A stretch of 64,000 nt of DNA from Macrostomum lignano (lineage: Eukaryota). The position numbers were made by a program, and so were the translations under genes. Positions 1-12,683 of the stretch are shown here, piece by piece. Under the pieces are notes generated by a model. That model saw only the letters and a list, made by a program, of their open reading frames with translations, had not been told where the DNA came from and did no database searches. Position 1 is the stretch's first letter, and each line of letters begins with the position of its first letter. The stretch is taken from the NCBI GenBank assembly GCA_002269645.1, contig NIVC01000835.1, forward strand, positions 124,001 to 188,000, written 5' to 3'.

Positions 1-65
1 TTGAAAAAGTCGTTTAATAACTTTACTAAGTTGCTACCTCTAGATTTTTTATATTACTTTTTACT

Positions 66-445
66 TTTCATTGACATCTGACAGTGACTTTTTGATGGAA
101 TTTCAGAGTGCCTTTTTGTTGACATCTGAGACTGACTTATTGACATCTGAGAGTGACTTTTTATTGACATCTCGGAGTGACTTTTTATTGACATCTGAGA
201 GTGACTTTTTATTGACATCTCCGAGTGACTTTGTATTGACATCTGAGAGTGACTTTTTATTGACATCTCGGAGTGACTTTGTATTGACATCTGAGAGTGA
301 CTTTTTATTGGCATCTCGGAATGAATTTTTATTGACATCTGAGAGTGACTTTTTGACATCCGAGTGACTTTTTATTGACATATCAGAGTGACTTTTTGTT
401 GACTCTCGGAGCAGCTTTATTGACATCACAGAGTGACTCTTTATC
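66..445. repeat. 24-bp minisatellite (tttttattgacatctgagagtgac / ...ctcggagtgac)
   Basis: Direct tandem copies with alternating variants; explains the ORFs at 54-456. Confidence 0.9.
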
Positions 446-1163
446 GAAATTTTCAAGTGAATTTATTGAAACCTCTTTCGTACACAGGCGCTATAAAATT
501 ACTACTTTCCAAGGGCACTTGTAAGATTTTCAGTACCGGTACAAAAGGAATTATAATTTATTAATAAATTCATGCATACCAGCTGAATCATCAGAGATAA
601 ACAGCCCTCTCATCCTAGAGTTACACGATTGACTTTTTCTCGTCAGATATTAGATATTAGTGAATCCTGCCGGAGTCACCACAGCCATATATACAGATAT
701 TAAAAACCTACCCACAGTTGCTTGTGCAGCGTGCACTCTAACACTGCAGAATCTGTCTTTACGAACCCCAGCTCGACTCTATATAAACTTCTTTATACTC
801 TCACACTGCTTACGTCGAGTATAGGCGCGGTACAAAAGCAAGAACAGGAATTGAAGAAAGTTTCCCATCAAAATGCAAATTACAAGCACGCCCCATCTCA
901 AACTCCCGACTGCCCTTGACGCCAGCGCCGCTAACCCTTCCGAGTGTTCATTCCTCAGCCAGTCGATTCAGCTGTCCCTTATCCCAAGTTGGGAACATCC
1001 AATCCGACCAACTCCTATGCGAAACCCACCTCCCTTTCTAAAATAGATTTCTCCAAACTCGAAACTTGTTGAGTAGCTGAGCTGACAAGGTCAAGCTGCG
1101 AAGGTCAGCCATAATTTTTATACAGTTTGATTAGTTTACTCTGGCAAGTAGCTGAAAGAATAT

Positions 1164-1615
1164 TTAAATAAAGCAGAAAACCGGAAAAAAGCAAGAGGGA
1201 AAAGGCGTGACAACTGGGGACAGAGGGATTTTAACGGAAGGAAAAAGGGGAAGTAGATAGAGAACGGAAAGAGAACGATGGTAAGAAGTGGAAAGAGTAA
1301 GAATGAAGAGGGTGGACAGAGGAAGAGAGTAGATGGCAGAGGGCGGAAAGAGTAAGAGGGTAGAAAGAGAAAAGAGAAAGTAGGTAGAGGACAGAAAAGA
1401 GGGTAGAAGGTAGATAGAAAGTAGATGGGGGAAAGAGAAAGACGTTAGAAGGCGGGGAGAGGAAAAAGAAAGAGGGCAGAGAGGGAAAGAGGGTAGAGGG
1501 CAGATAGAAAGAGGGCGGAGAGAGGAAGTGGGTAGAGGGCGGAAAAAGGAAAAGGGTAGAGGGCGGTAAGAATAGGTGGGTATATGAAACAGACGACAAG
1601 AAGACGACAAAGACT
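1164..1615 (+). repeat. Purine-rich low-complexity tract
   Basis: Plus strand is predominantly A/G. Confidence 0.8.
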
Positions 1616-2920
1616 ATAGGATATGTATTCAGCAACTTGGCAGGCTATTGTAGTAGAGGCTACCAGTAGTAGACAAAAATAATTTGAACCTGTAGGCTGC
1701 AATATAACTGTCGGCATTTTTCATCTCTAATAACTTCAGCTACTGCATGTATAATAATATTATAAAGCAAAGTTAACAAGCTTTTCTCGACGTTCAGCCG
1801 CACAGGCTAATGCGCAACACAGTTCCATAATACTGTCGGCAGAGATGACCCGGCAGTAAGAATGTAACGCAAAAGAAAGACTGCTTTCCATTCTGCGACA
1901 GGCGACTGCTTTTTCTTCTACTACTAGCCAACCTTGCGGCCCAGCGGGGATAATTGATTCCTCCGCCTCCGCACGCCCCAAGCGCAACAGGGGAGACGGG
2001 ATCAGACTAAAAGTAAAGTCTCCCCTTTCCATTCTCCTATATTGCTTCCTCTCGGTCTCTCTTGCCCTACTCCCACTCTCGCCTTTAGCGCCCTCAAGGC
2101 GTTAAGATTATCTGTCAGAAACTGCGCCCACCGAAGCAGGGGATAAGATAGACGCGAAGAAGCAGAAGCCCGGAGGGGGCTGGGGAGCCAGACTTCGGAT
2201 GCTGATGCTGATGATGGGCCACTGGCGGCAGGCTTTCGGAGTGATTTTCCAACGTGTCGCCTGCGCTGCATCTCATCATCAGTATCATGGATGGCTCTGG
2301 CGACATCATCCCAGCCCCCGCAGTCTGCATGCATATCAAAGGGGGATTTCAATTCCACAGATGCCGCTAAACTGAAAAAGGAAGCATAACATATGCCCAT
2401 AAAAATGATGCGGTACCGCAGCTACTGCCCCATCAAACTGAATGCCTTGAACGGGAGCAGCGATTAAGTTAGCAGAGGCACAAGAAAATAAAAAGGAATA
2501 TAGGATATAGACGGCGCATAGAGAAGGAAAACGAATTGAGATAAGCGAGCGAACCAATGAGTCACAGCTGAGGAGAGAAAAGACAGCTGATCGACAGATA
2601 GTCGAATTCGTAAACTGTATAATTGAGTGTAATCAAGTACTCCGTGGCATTTAAATAATAAATACAGAGACACTGATGTAAGAGTTTAATGCATGATTTG
2701 GCAGTTGCACGAAGAAGTACGAAAGCCACAGTGGGCGAGACGATGCTATTTATTTAATATTTAGTCGGCTACTGCATTTCGTGGGGTGGTGGTCGTAAAT
2801 GTACACTTTGCTTACTACGAGTACAGATAAGGGGGCGAGAGTTAGAGAGAGAAAGCCGGCTGACGTACGGAGCCGGAAAAATGGGGTGGGCGCTCTATAG
2901 CAAATCAATGGCTCACAACT

Positions 2921-2921
2921 A

Positions 2922-2952
<31 letters not shown>

Positions 2953-4367
2953 GTCACAGACAGACAGACAGACAGAGTCACAGACAGACAGACAGACAGA
3001 GTCACAGACAGACATACAAACAGACAGACAGACTGACAGACAGACAGAGTCACAGACAGACAGACAGACAGAGTCACAGACAGACAAACAGACAGAGTCA
3101 CAGACAGACAGACAGACAGAGTCACAGACAGCCAGACAGACAGAGTCACAGACAGACAGACAGACAGAGTCACAGACAGACATACAAACAGACAGACAGA
3201 CTGACAGACAGACAGAGTCACAGACAGACAGACAGACAGAGTCACAGACAGACAGACAGACAGAGTCACAGACAGACAGACAGACAGACAGAGTCACAGA
3301 CAGACATACAAACAGACAGACAGACAGACTGACAGACAGACAGAGTCACAGACAGACAGACAGACAGAGTCACAGACAGACAGACAGACAGAGTCACAGA
3401 CAGACAGACAGACAGAGTCACAGACAGACAGACAGACAGACAGAGTCACAGACAGACATACAAACAGACAGACAGACAGACTGACAGACAGACAGAGTCA
3501 CAGACAGACAGACAGACAGAGTCACAGACAGACATACAAACAGACAGACAGACTGACAGACAGACAGAGTCACAGACAGACAGACAGACAGAGTCACAGA
3601 CAGACAGACAGACAGAGTCACAGACAGACATACAAACAGACAGACAGACTGACAGACAGACAGACAGACTAACAGACACTAAGACAGACAGACAGACAGA
3701 CAGACAGAGTCACAGACAGACAAACAGACAGAGTCACAGACAGACAGACAGACAGAGTCACAGACAGCCAGACAGACAGAGTCACAGACAGACAGACAGA
3801 CAGACAGAGTCACAGACAGACATACAAACAGACAGACAGACAGACTGACAGACAGACAGAGTCACAGACAGACAGACAGACAGAGTCACAGACAGACATA
3901 CAAACAGACAGACAGACTGACAGACAGACAGAGTCACAGACAGACAGACAGACAGAGTCACAGACAGACAGACAGACAGAGTCACAGACAGACAGACAGA
4001 CAGAGTCACAGACAGACAGACAGACAGAGTCACAGACAGACAGACAGACAGACAGAGTCACAGACAGACATACAAACAGACAGACAGACAGACTGACAGA
4101 CAGACAGAGTCACAGACAGACAGACAGACAGAGTCACAGACAGACATACCAACAGACAGACAGACTGACAGACAGACAGAGTCACAGACAGACAGACAGA
4201 CAGAGTCACAGACAGACAGACAGACAGAGTCACAGACAGACATACAAACAGACAGACAGACTGACAGACAGACAGACAGACTGACAGACAGACAAACAGA
4301 CAGAGTCACAGACAGACAGACAGACAGAGTCACAGACAGACAGACAGACAGAGTCACAGACAGACAT

Positions 4368-4398
<31 letters not shown>

Positions 4399-4400
4399 AA
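2921..4400. repeat. (GACA)n compound microsatellite with periodic gagtcaca/catacaaa variants
   Basis: Direct reading. Confidence 0.95.
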
Positions 4401-5149
4401 GAGACAATTGCGCAACAGAAACCCAGCCTGTAGCACACAACAATCTAAGCCAGCATGCGCAGAGGAGTTCCCAGTGAAACGGTGAAAAGCCGGCAATCAT
4501 AAGAAGCCAAACTAGGAAGCGGCATCGATCAGCCCACAGGCGCGGGCACCGAGGCAGCGCACAGGAAGTGTTCGGGTCGCCCAGGGTGGGGAGAAGGAGG
4601 AGGAGGCTGGAATCTACAATTTCGAGTCGAGTCTATTTCGCTGTGTCACTCAGTAGTGTGTAAACTCATTTGCCTAAGGGAATAGCAGTCAAGCGTGTCC
4701 CAAACGCCATGGCCTACTTCTACAATGTCCAATGTCGTACATACTTACGCACTGCCTATATGCACTGCCCATGTTCATACTAGTATAATGTAATTGGCTC
4801 TGTCGCAATTTAAAATGTTTCCCACTTTTCCGCTCCGTTTGAAGGCTCTCGAGGCAGCTCTCGATTGAGGAGAAGCCGGCCCCTCCATTGCAGAAATGCA
4901 GCATAGCTATTTTATCAGTACAAGCATTACAAAGACCGGCGCTATGATAGATAAATATAAAATAAACAAAACACGTAATATAGAAGCTGATAAAAACACT
5001 CATAAAGGAAGTTTTCCTACTTTATTAGCTTTATTGTCACCGACACTTGATTGATTAATTATGAGCCAAGCACTGTCTACTCAGGATTATTCTGGTTTTA
5101 GATATTCACAAGCGCTCGTTTAGGATTTAATTAACTCGCAAACTAGATA

Positions 5150-5222
5150 ACTGCCTAGATAGCTAACTGCCTAGATAGCTAACTGCCTAGATAGCTAACT
5201 GCCTAGATAGCTAACTGCCTAG

Positions 5223-5297
<75 letters not shown>

Positions 5298-5410
5298 GCA
5301 AACTAACTAACTAACTGCCTAACTAACTAACTAACTAGCAAACTAACTAACTAGCAAACTAACTAACTAACTAGCAAACTAACTAACTAACTAGCAAACT
5401 AACTAACTAA
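5150..5410. repeat. 16-bp ctaactgcctagatag repeat grading into (CTAA)n
   Basis: Direct reading. Confidence 0.9.
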
Positions 5411-5447
5411 CCCACTAACAAACTAAAAAAATAAAGTAGCATCTTAC

Positions 5448-5829
5448 GCGGATTCTCCAACCGGTAGTTGGCCTCAGGCTCCGGATGCCGTTTGTCAGTG
5501 ATATAGAGCGTCACCTTCTCAGTGAGCAGCTCAAACAGGGCATTATAAGACGCCATAGAGACGCAGGGCGAGAACAGCATCAGCCGTTCGCCGATCAGCG
5601 AGAACAGGTTGTGAGTAGTGAGCACGTCGTGCTTCCGTTTAGAGGTGCTGCGCATCAGAAAGTAGCCAAGAAGTTTTAGCGCGTGAATTCGAATTTTCTC
5701 GTCATGCGAGGCGAGCAGTTTGAGCACGGTTCGAATAGCGTGCTTCCGGTCGAATGCCGGCACCATGGAGGCCGGGTGCTCCGCCATCAGCGTCACCGCG
5801 AAGTAAAGCACATCCCGGAGATTGTCATC
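5448..5829 (-). CDS. NBEA: Neurobeachin exon 12 (DDNLRDVLYFAVTLMAEHPASMVPAFDRK...HPEPEANYRLENP); gene continues beyond the left edge
   Basis: cctcag|GAT acceptor, C|GTAAGA donor (phase 1). Matches NBEA [29 protein letters not shown]...HPDPDSSVKIQNP. The next conserved exon (xILKVIA...) was not found in 1-5447. Confidence 0.95.
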
Positions 5830-6039
5830 CTGAGGATGGCGTTATTGGGCAGAATAATCAAATTATTTATTTAGGGAAGCACTGGCAGCAAAGAAACCTA
5901 ATCGTAAGTCGCAAATATGAGATCATAATTCAAAATCATAGAAACCCTGGTGCCAATAAAGAATACCCAGTTCCCAATCGACCAAATCTAGCTCCCAGAA
6001 CCCAATGGGTCATATCCCAGGTCAAATTCCAGATCCAAA

Positions 6040-7452
6040 TAGGTCAGATCCCAGGTCAGATCCTAGACCCTAAAAGGTCAGATCTCAGATCCCAGCTCCC
6101 GATAGGTAAGATCCCAGCTCCTAATAGGTCAGATCCCAGCTCCCAATAGGTCAGATCCCAGCTCCCAATAGGTCAGATCCCAGCTCCCAATAGGTCAGAT
6201 TCCAGCTCCCAATAGGTCAGATCCCAGCTCCCAATAGTTCAGATCCCAGCTCCCAACCCAGCTCCCAATAGTTCAGATTCCAGCTCCCAATAGGTCAGAT
6301 CCCAGCTCCCAACCCAGCTCCCAACCCAGCTCCCAATAGGTCAGATCCCAGCTCCCAATAGGTCAGAACCCTAGCTCCCAATAGTTCAGATCTCAGCTCC
6401 CAATAGGTCAGATCCCAGCTCCCAATAGGTCAGATCCCAGCTCCCAATAGGTCAGATTCCAGCTCCCAATAGGTCAGAACCCTAGCTCCCAATAGGTCAG
6501 ATTCCAGCTCCCAATAGGTCAGATCCCAGCTCCCAATAGTTCAGATCCCAGCTCCCAACCCAGCTCCCAACCCAGCTCCCAATAGGTCAGATTCCAGCTC
6601 CCAATAGGTCAGATTCCAGCTCCCAATAGTTCAGATCCCAGCTCCCAACCCAGCTCCCAATAGGTCAGATTCCAGCTCCCAATAGGTCAGCTCCCAGCTC
6701 CCAATAGGTCAGATTCCAGCTCCCAATAGGTCAGATTCCAGCTCCCAATAGGTCAGCTCCCAGCTCCCAATAGGTCAGAACCCTAGCTCCCAATAGTTCA
6801 GATCTCAGCTCCCAATAGGTCAGATCCCAGCTCCCAATAGTTCAGATCCCAGCTCCCAACCCAGCTCCCAATAGTTCAGATCCCAGCTCCCAACCCAGCT
6901 CCCAATAGGTCAGATTCCAGCTCCCAATAGGTCAGATTCCAGCTCCCAATAGGTCAGATCCCAGCTCCCAATAGTTCAGATCCCAGCTCCCAACCCAGCT
7001 CCCAATAGTTCAGATTCCAGCTCCCAATAGGTCAGATCCCAGCTCCCAACCCAGCTCCCAACCCAGCTCCCAATAGTTCAGATCCCAGCTCCCAACCCAG
7101 CTCCCAATAGGTCAGATTCCAGCTCCCAATAGTTCAGATCCCAGCTCCCAACCCAGCTCCCAATAGGTCAGATTCCAGCTCCCAATAGGTCAGCTCCCAG
7201 CTCCCAATAGGTCAGATTCCAGCTCCCAATAGGTCAGATTCCAGCTCCCAATAGGTCAGCTCCCAGCTCCCAATAGTTCAGATCCCAGCTCCCAACCCAG
7301 CTCCCAATAGGTCAGATTCCAGCTCCCAATAGGTCAGATCCCAGCTCCCAATAGGTCAGATCCCAGCTCCCAACCCAGCTCCCAATAGTTCAGATCCCAG
7401 CTTCCAACCCAGCTCCCAATAGGTCAGATTCCAGCTACCAATAGGTCAGCTC
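6040..7452. repeat. 22-bp minisatellite cagatcccagctcccaataggt (NBEA intron 11)
   Basis: Tandem copies with internal cccagctcccaa sub-duplications. Confidence 0.95.
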
Positions 7453-7470
7453 CCATCTCCCCGCACAAAC

Positions 7471-7625
7471 CTCATTAACAGTGGACAAATAGTTAAGTAT
7501 AGCCTGCATCTCGTCGTCTAGAATTCCGTTGCCTCGCAAAATCAGCTGTTTGATGTAGATAAGGAGGCTGGCCCGAATAGTTGTCAAGTCGTGAATGTCA
7601 GCTCGAGCCCATTCGCCTTCCAGTG
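7471..7625 (-). CDS. NBEA: Neurobeachin exon 11 (SLEGEWARADIHDLTTIRASLLIYIKQLILRGNGILDDEMQAILNYLSTVNE)
   Basis: ctgacag|CA acceptor (phase 1), GAG|GTTTGT donor. Matches NBEA [36 protein letters not shown]. Confidence 0.93.
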
Positions 7626-8232
7626 CTGTCAGGAGAGGAGAAAAAAGTCACAGAATAAATGGGGAAGAATCTACTTACAAAAAACGGGAAAAGTAAAAAA
7701 CAGCAAGGGAAACAACAAATTAGGGGCTGAAACAAAAATGAATGAATCTGTAAATTTAATTAATTATAACGCTGCAGCGACGAACCTAGAGGGAAAAATG
7801 AATGACAAAAATTAACAGGAAACGGAAAACCAACCACCCTGCCAAGTGCAAATCCCGAAACTAAATGCACCCTACACATCCTACAATTAGGTTAGGTAAA
7901 ATATGTTTTGAAGGCCTAAAATTTCAACCGTGCTTATATAGTTATAATAACTCTATTTCTAATGTTTACAAACTCCCTTATTGACTGGATTTGCTAACAA
8001 CCTGATTTTTGACATGAAAAATCGGCCTTCAAAACGTATTTTTCACGTAATAAAAGCGATCAGGCGTTGCTGTGTTAAAAGAAACGACTAACTGCAATGT
8101 CGGATAATAGTGTCAGTTAAAAGCTTCTGATAAGTCATTAGAATAAATATCTAATTACTGTATTTCATGGGGTGCCCTTAAATGAGTTTATTCTTTATAT
8201 ATCAGCCATCAGGAGACTGTAGAGGGGACTGT

Positions 8233-8539
8233 TAATAATAACAATAATAATAATAGATTACAACTGCCTTAATGGGCAGATGTACAGCCGAGCCGCAGCT
8301 ATTGCGCGGCGCATCTGAAGGCTGCGTACGGCTGTTCAGTCCAAGGACTGGGGGGTCGCCACACACATCCTCAATTACCCCAGCTAGTGCTGGCACCCAT
8401 TTTACAGCTGGGTGAACTGAAGCAATGCAGAGTTAAGTGTCTTGCTCAAGGACACAAATTGTTCCATTGGAATTGGGAATCGAACCCCTGACCTTCAAGT
8501 CGTGAGTCCGACGCTCTGACCGCTAAGCTACAACCCCTC
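8233..8539 (-). mobile_element. tRNA-derived CORE-type SINE, near full length
   Basis: Minus strand has an A-box-like GTAGCTTAGCGG, B-box GGTTCGATTCC, core-like GTGTCCTTGAGCAAGACACTTAAC...CAGCTGTAAAATGGG, and an (ATT)n tail. Its 3' half recurs at 13431-13565. Confidence 0.8.
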
Positions 8540-8984
8540 AAGGCTAGGGGACTATATAGTGAATTTTATTTATAGAACAGATTTAAATATTACAAGTGGT
8601 TAGTTTTTTACTTTGTTTCTAGCTCATTTGAGCATGTACTCATAGTTCTAAGACACTATTGAATAAACAATGCGCAATAAAAACAAAAAAGCTTAACAGA
8701 TATTCAATTAAATCTGCGCGTCAATCACTCACGCATCAACGAGCGGGTAATGTTTGTCCTTTTAACAACTGTTTGGGACTGTGCAGCTAGAAAAACAACA
8801 ATTGATTTGGTGCGCTTTGGTCAACATAGAAGGTTAAAAGTCCTAGTCGCTATTAGAAAGCTAATCATTACGAGTAGTATAAGTAAAAGAAGGCAATTTT
8901 AACTAGGCGGTTCATTAAGAAAGACTAAATGAATAAGTCATTCAGTAAGTCCATGGACGCGAGCTCGTGAGTGAGTTCATGAGG

Positions 8985-9835
8985 GAATTTATGAGAGGTC
9001 ATGAGTGAGTTAATGACTAAGCTCATAAGTAAGTTCATAAGTGAACTGTTGAGTGAGTTTGTGAGTGAATTCATAAGTGAGTTCATGAGTGAGTTCATAA
9101 GTGAGTTCATGAGCGAGTTTAAAAGTGAGTTCATAAGTGAGTTCATGAGTGAGTTCATAAGTGAGTTTATGAGTGAGTTCATAAGTGAGTTTATGAGTGA
9201 GTTCATAAGTGAGTTCATGAGTGAGTTCATAAGTGAGTTCATGAGTGAGTTCATAAGTGAGTTCATGAGTGAGTTCATAAGTGAGTTCATGAGTGAGTTC
9301 ATGAGTGAGTTCATGAGTGAGTTCATAAGTGAGTTCATGAGTGAGTTCATGAGTGAGTTTATGAGTGAGTTCATGAGTGAGTTTAAAAGTGAGTTCATGA
9401 GTGAGTTCATGAGTGAGTTCATGAGTGAGTTCATAAGTGAGTTCATGAGTGAGTTCATGAGTGAGTTCATGAGTGAGTTCATGAGTGAGTTCATAAGTGA
9501 GTTCATGAGTGAGTTCATGAGTGAGTTTATGAGAGAGTTCATAAGTGAGTTCATGAGTGAGTTCATAAGTGAGTTCATGAGTGAGTTCATAAGTGAGTTC
9601 ATGAGTGAGTTTATCAGCTTATGAGTTTGCTAGAGAGTTCATAAGTAAATTCATTAGTGAATTTATGAGTGAGTTCATGAGTGAGTTCATAAGTGAGTTC
9701 ATGAGTGAGTTCATGAGTGAGTTTATAAATGAGTGCATGAGTGAGTTCATGAGTGAGTTTATAAATGAGTGCATGAGTGGGTTCATGGGTAAGTTCATAA
9801 GTGAATTTATGAGTAAATTTATGAATGACTTTCGC
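8985..9835. repeat. 12-bp minisatellite atgagtgagttc/ataagtgagttc (NBEA intron 10)
   Basis: Direct reading. Confidence 0.95.
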
Positions 9836-9858
9836 GAGTGACTGCATGAGTAACGCAC

Positions 9859-10171
9859 ATTGAGACTTGGGCGCGAATCCGCTGCGGTCCTGCGGGTGCA
9901 CAATCCAGTAGTAGTGCTTCAGCGTGTGAATAGTCTGCAGTACGGCGCTGACCCGTCGAACGGAATTGAATATGCCGACGCTGGCAACGAAGTCGGTGGC
10001 CAAGAATTTGTACAGACGAATTTGCACCTGCACGGGCGCTTTGATCCACAGTGTCGGATTGAACAATACGTGATCGAACAGCTGTTTGACGAGGCCGACC
10101 GATGTTTTATTCTGGGCCAGCTGCTTGGTCATCTTGACGAATTCGTCCAGCACTTTGTCGGTCAGGCTCTC
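9859..10171 (-). CDS. NBEA: Neurobeachin exon 10 (ESLTDKVLDEF...LFDHVLFNPTLWIKAP...YYWIVHPQDRSGFAPKSQ)
   Basis: Strong match to NBEA LCDHVLLNPAIWIHTP...YYWAVNPQDRSGITPK. Donor T|GTGCGT (phase 1). Acceptor taken as cccgcag|GAG, slightly uncertain. Confidence 0.9.
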
Positions 10172-10227
10172 CTGCGGGATGTCCGGTTCGGGATGCAATG
10201 AAGAGATAAACATACTGGCTAGCTACC

Positions 10228-10782
10228 TGACTGACTGACTGACTGCCTGACTGACTGACTGACTGACTGACTGACTGACTGACTGGCTGACTGACTGACT
10301 GACACACTGACTGACTGACTGGCTGACTGACTGACTGACTGACTGACTGACTGACTGACTGACTGACTGACTGACTGACTGACTGACTGACTGACTGACT
10401 GACTGACTGACTGACTGCCTGACTGACTGACTGACTGCCTGACTGACTGACTGACTGACTGACTGACTGCCACTGCATGACTGACTGACTGACTGGCTGA
10501 CTGACTGACTGACTGACTGACTGACTGACTGACTGACTGCCTGACTGACTGACTAACTGACTGCCTGACTGACTGACTGACTGACTGCCACTGCATGACT
10601 GACTGACTGACTGACTGACTGACTGTCTGACTGACTGACTGACTGCCACTGCATGACTGACTGACTGACTGCCTGACTGACTGACTGACTGACTGACTGA
10701 CTGGCTGACTGACTGACTGACTGACTGACTGACTGACTGACTGACTGACTGGCTGACTGACTGACTGACTGACTGACTGACT
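10228..10782. repeat. (ACTG)n microsatellite (NBEA intron 9)
   Basis: Direct reading. Confidence 0.95.
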
Positions 10783-10881
10783 AGCTACTTGCCTGCCTAG
10801 CTAAATATGACAACAGCATGTATATAAGCTGTAGCGCGTTACTTAAAAGGCAACATAAGTAACACACGCAAATCCTTATAC

Positions 10882-10990
10882 CTTGGTCAAATACTGGCTA
10901 ATAACCAGAAATCCTTTGTTCTGCATAAATTGCTGCTGTATTGACTGAGACGATTGCAGCAGGTCGCCTAGCAGAGCCAGCAGTGAGGCG
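10882..10990 (-). CDS. NBEA: Neurobeachin exon 9 (CASLLALLGDLLQSSQSIQQQFMQNKGFLVISQYLTK)
   Basis: tttccag|C completes Cys; AAG|GTATAA donor. Matches NBEA CSTLLAFIMELL...MQEQMLACKGFLVIGYSLEK. Confidence 0.92.
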
Positions 10991-11611
10991 CTGGAAATTG
11001 GAGAGAGAAAAAATTATAGGCTCAATCCTTCATCAACTAATCACAAAAAACGAAGAAAATGAAGAATAAGAAGCGCAAAGACTATTAGAATTGTAAATTA
11101 AGTTTCTGACTGAGCAACGAGTAAATCGAGGGCCGCCATCTGATTGAACAGCAGGAGCAATTGTCCCTGCCTAATTCCTTAAAAGGGAAAATTGACGAAA
11201 GAGCCTAACCACGCTTAAACGCTGGGAGTATTCGATATTAGTTGCGGTTCGTTTAAAAGTGCGATACACTAGAATCTAGTTGAATAGTTTAGTAGCAAAG
11301 AGAGAGGCAGAGCAAGAGTATATTAGCAATTTCAACTTTGATAGTGCAGCCTTGAGAGCCGGGCATTAAAATAGTAAACCGATTCCCCCAAGGTCGTATT
11401 ACCGCGAGCCTCAGCCTCTGCTGCCTCATTTACAGCATTCTAACAGATGACATACTGACTTCCATCCATCCATCCAGCATACACTCAGCAACGTTTTAAA
11501 ATGACGCATGTCACTCCATGCCTCAACTGTGGAATGATGCAATTTGCGTAACAAGGGCCCAAAAAGCTAGTCAGAACCTAGTCTAGATGTAAACTGACTG
11601 ATTTTTAACTG

Positions 11612-12095
11612 CTCATCGGGGGAGGGTAATTGCTGAGATGTCAAGGCTCATTGGGGGAGGGTAATTGCTGAGATGTGCAAGGCTCATTGGGGGAGGGTAA
11701 TTGCTGAGATGTGCAAGGCTCATTGGGGGAGGGTAATTGCTGAGATGTGCAAGGCTCATTGGGGGAGGGTAATTGCTGAGATGTGCAAGGCTCATTGGGG
11801 AGGGTAATTGCTGAGATGTGCAAGGCTCATTGGGGAGGGTAATTGCTGAGATGTGCAGGGCTCAATGGGGGAGGGTGATTGCTGAGATGTGCAGGGCTCA
11901 TTGGGGAGGGTAATTGCTGAGATGTGCAAGGCTGATTGGGGGAGGGTAATTGCTGAGATGTCAAGGCTGATTGGGGAGGGTAATTGCTGAGATGTGCAAG
12001 GCTCATTGGGGAGGGTAATTGCTGAGATGTCAAGGCTCATTGGGGGAGGGTGATTGCTGAGATGTCAAGGCTGATTGGGGTGACTGAGATGTCAA
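11612..12095. repeat. ~35-36-bp minisatellite gggggagggtaattgctgagatgtgcaaggctcatt (TTGCTGAGATG family)
   Basis: Direct reading; core shared with 17600-18027 and 38828-39468. Confidence 0.92.
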
Positions 12096-12316
12096 GGGTC
12101 AATTGGAAGTATTTAATAGGCCAAGCATTAAAGGGAGAGTAAGAGTTCGGGTTAAGCCATGGCTTAAAGGGAGGCTTTGATGCCAAATCTAAAAGGTGCT
12201 GATGTCTAAGGCTAGATAGCTGGCCTTCAGGGCTGATGCTTATTTGCTCTAAACATCGTTTTTTATAAGGACATAGAAATGGTGACTGTATAATATCGAA
12301 AGCTGTATAGTACGCA

Positions 12317-12630
12317 GGAGGGGAGGTCATGCTGACCCCCTACCTCAGGGACACGGTAGGAGGGGAGGTCATGCTGACCCCCTACCCCAGGGACACGGTA
12401 GGAGGGGAGGTCATGCTGACCCCCTACCTCAGGGACACGGTAGAAGGGGAGGTCATGCTGACCCCCTACCCCAGGGACACGGTAGGAGGGGTCATGCTGA
12501 CCCCCTACCTCAGGGACACGGTAGAAGGGGAGGTCATGCTGACCCCCTACCTCAGGGACACGGTAGGAGGGGAGGTCATGCTGACCCCCTACCTCAGGGA
12601 CACGGTAGAAGGAGAGGTCAGTCAGACCCT
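12317..12630. repeat. 42-bp minisatellite, 7 copies plus a partial, each with the GGTCAtgcTGACC palindrome
   Basis: Units start at 12317, 12359, 12401 and so on. Confidence 0.92.
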
Positions 12631-12683
12631 CACGGACACCACAAAATGACCCTGTCGATCCCGCACTACAACCAGACTCTCAC

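Noticed and set aside
2905-4496. SVCL/TDRQ repeat ORFs, and SQSV, LSIY and MNSL ORFs elsewhere
   Set aside because: Microsatellite translations of (GACA)n, (ACTG)n, (AGAT)n and the 12-bp repeat.
7860-8185. Possible TTAA-type DNA transposon ending ggtgccc|ttaa
   Set aside because: No matching left terminus or TSD could be identified.
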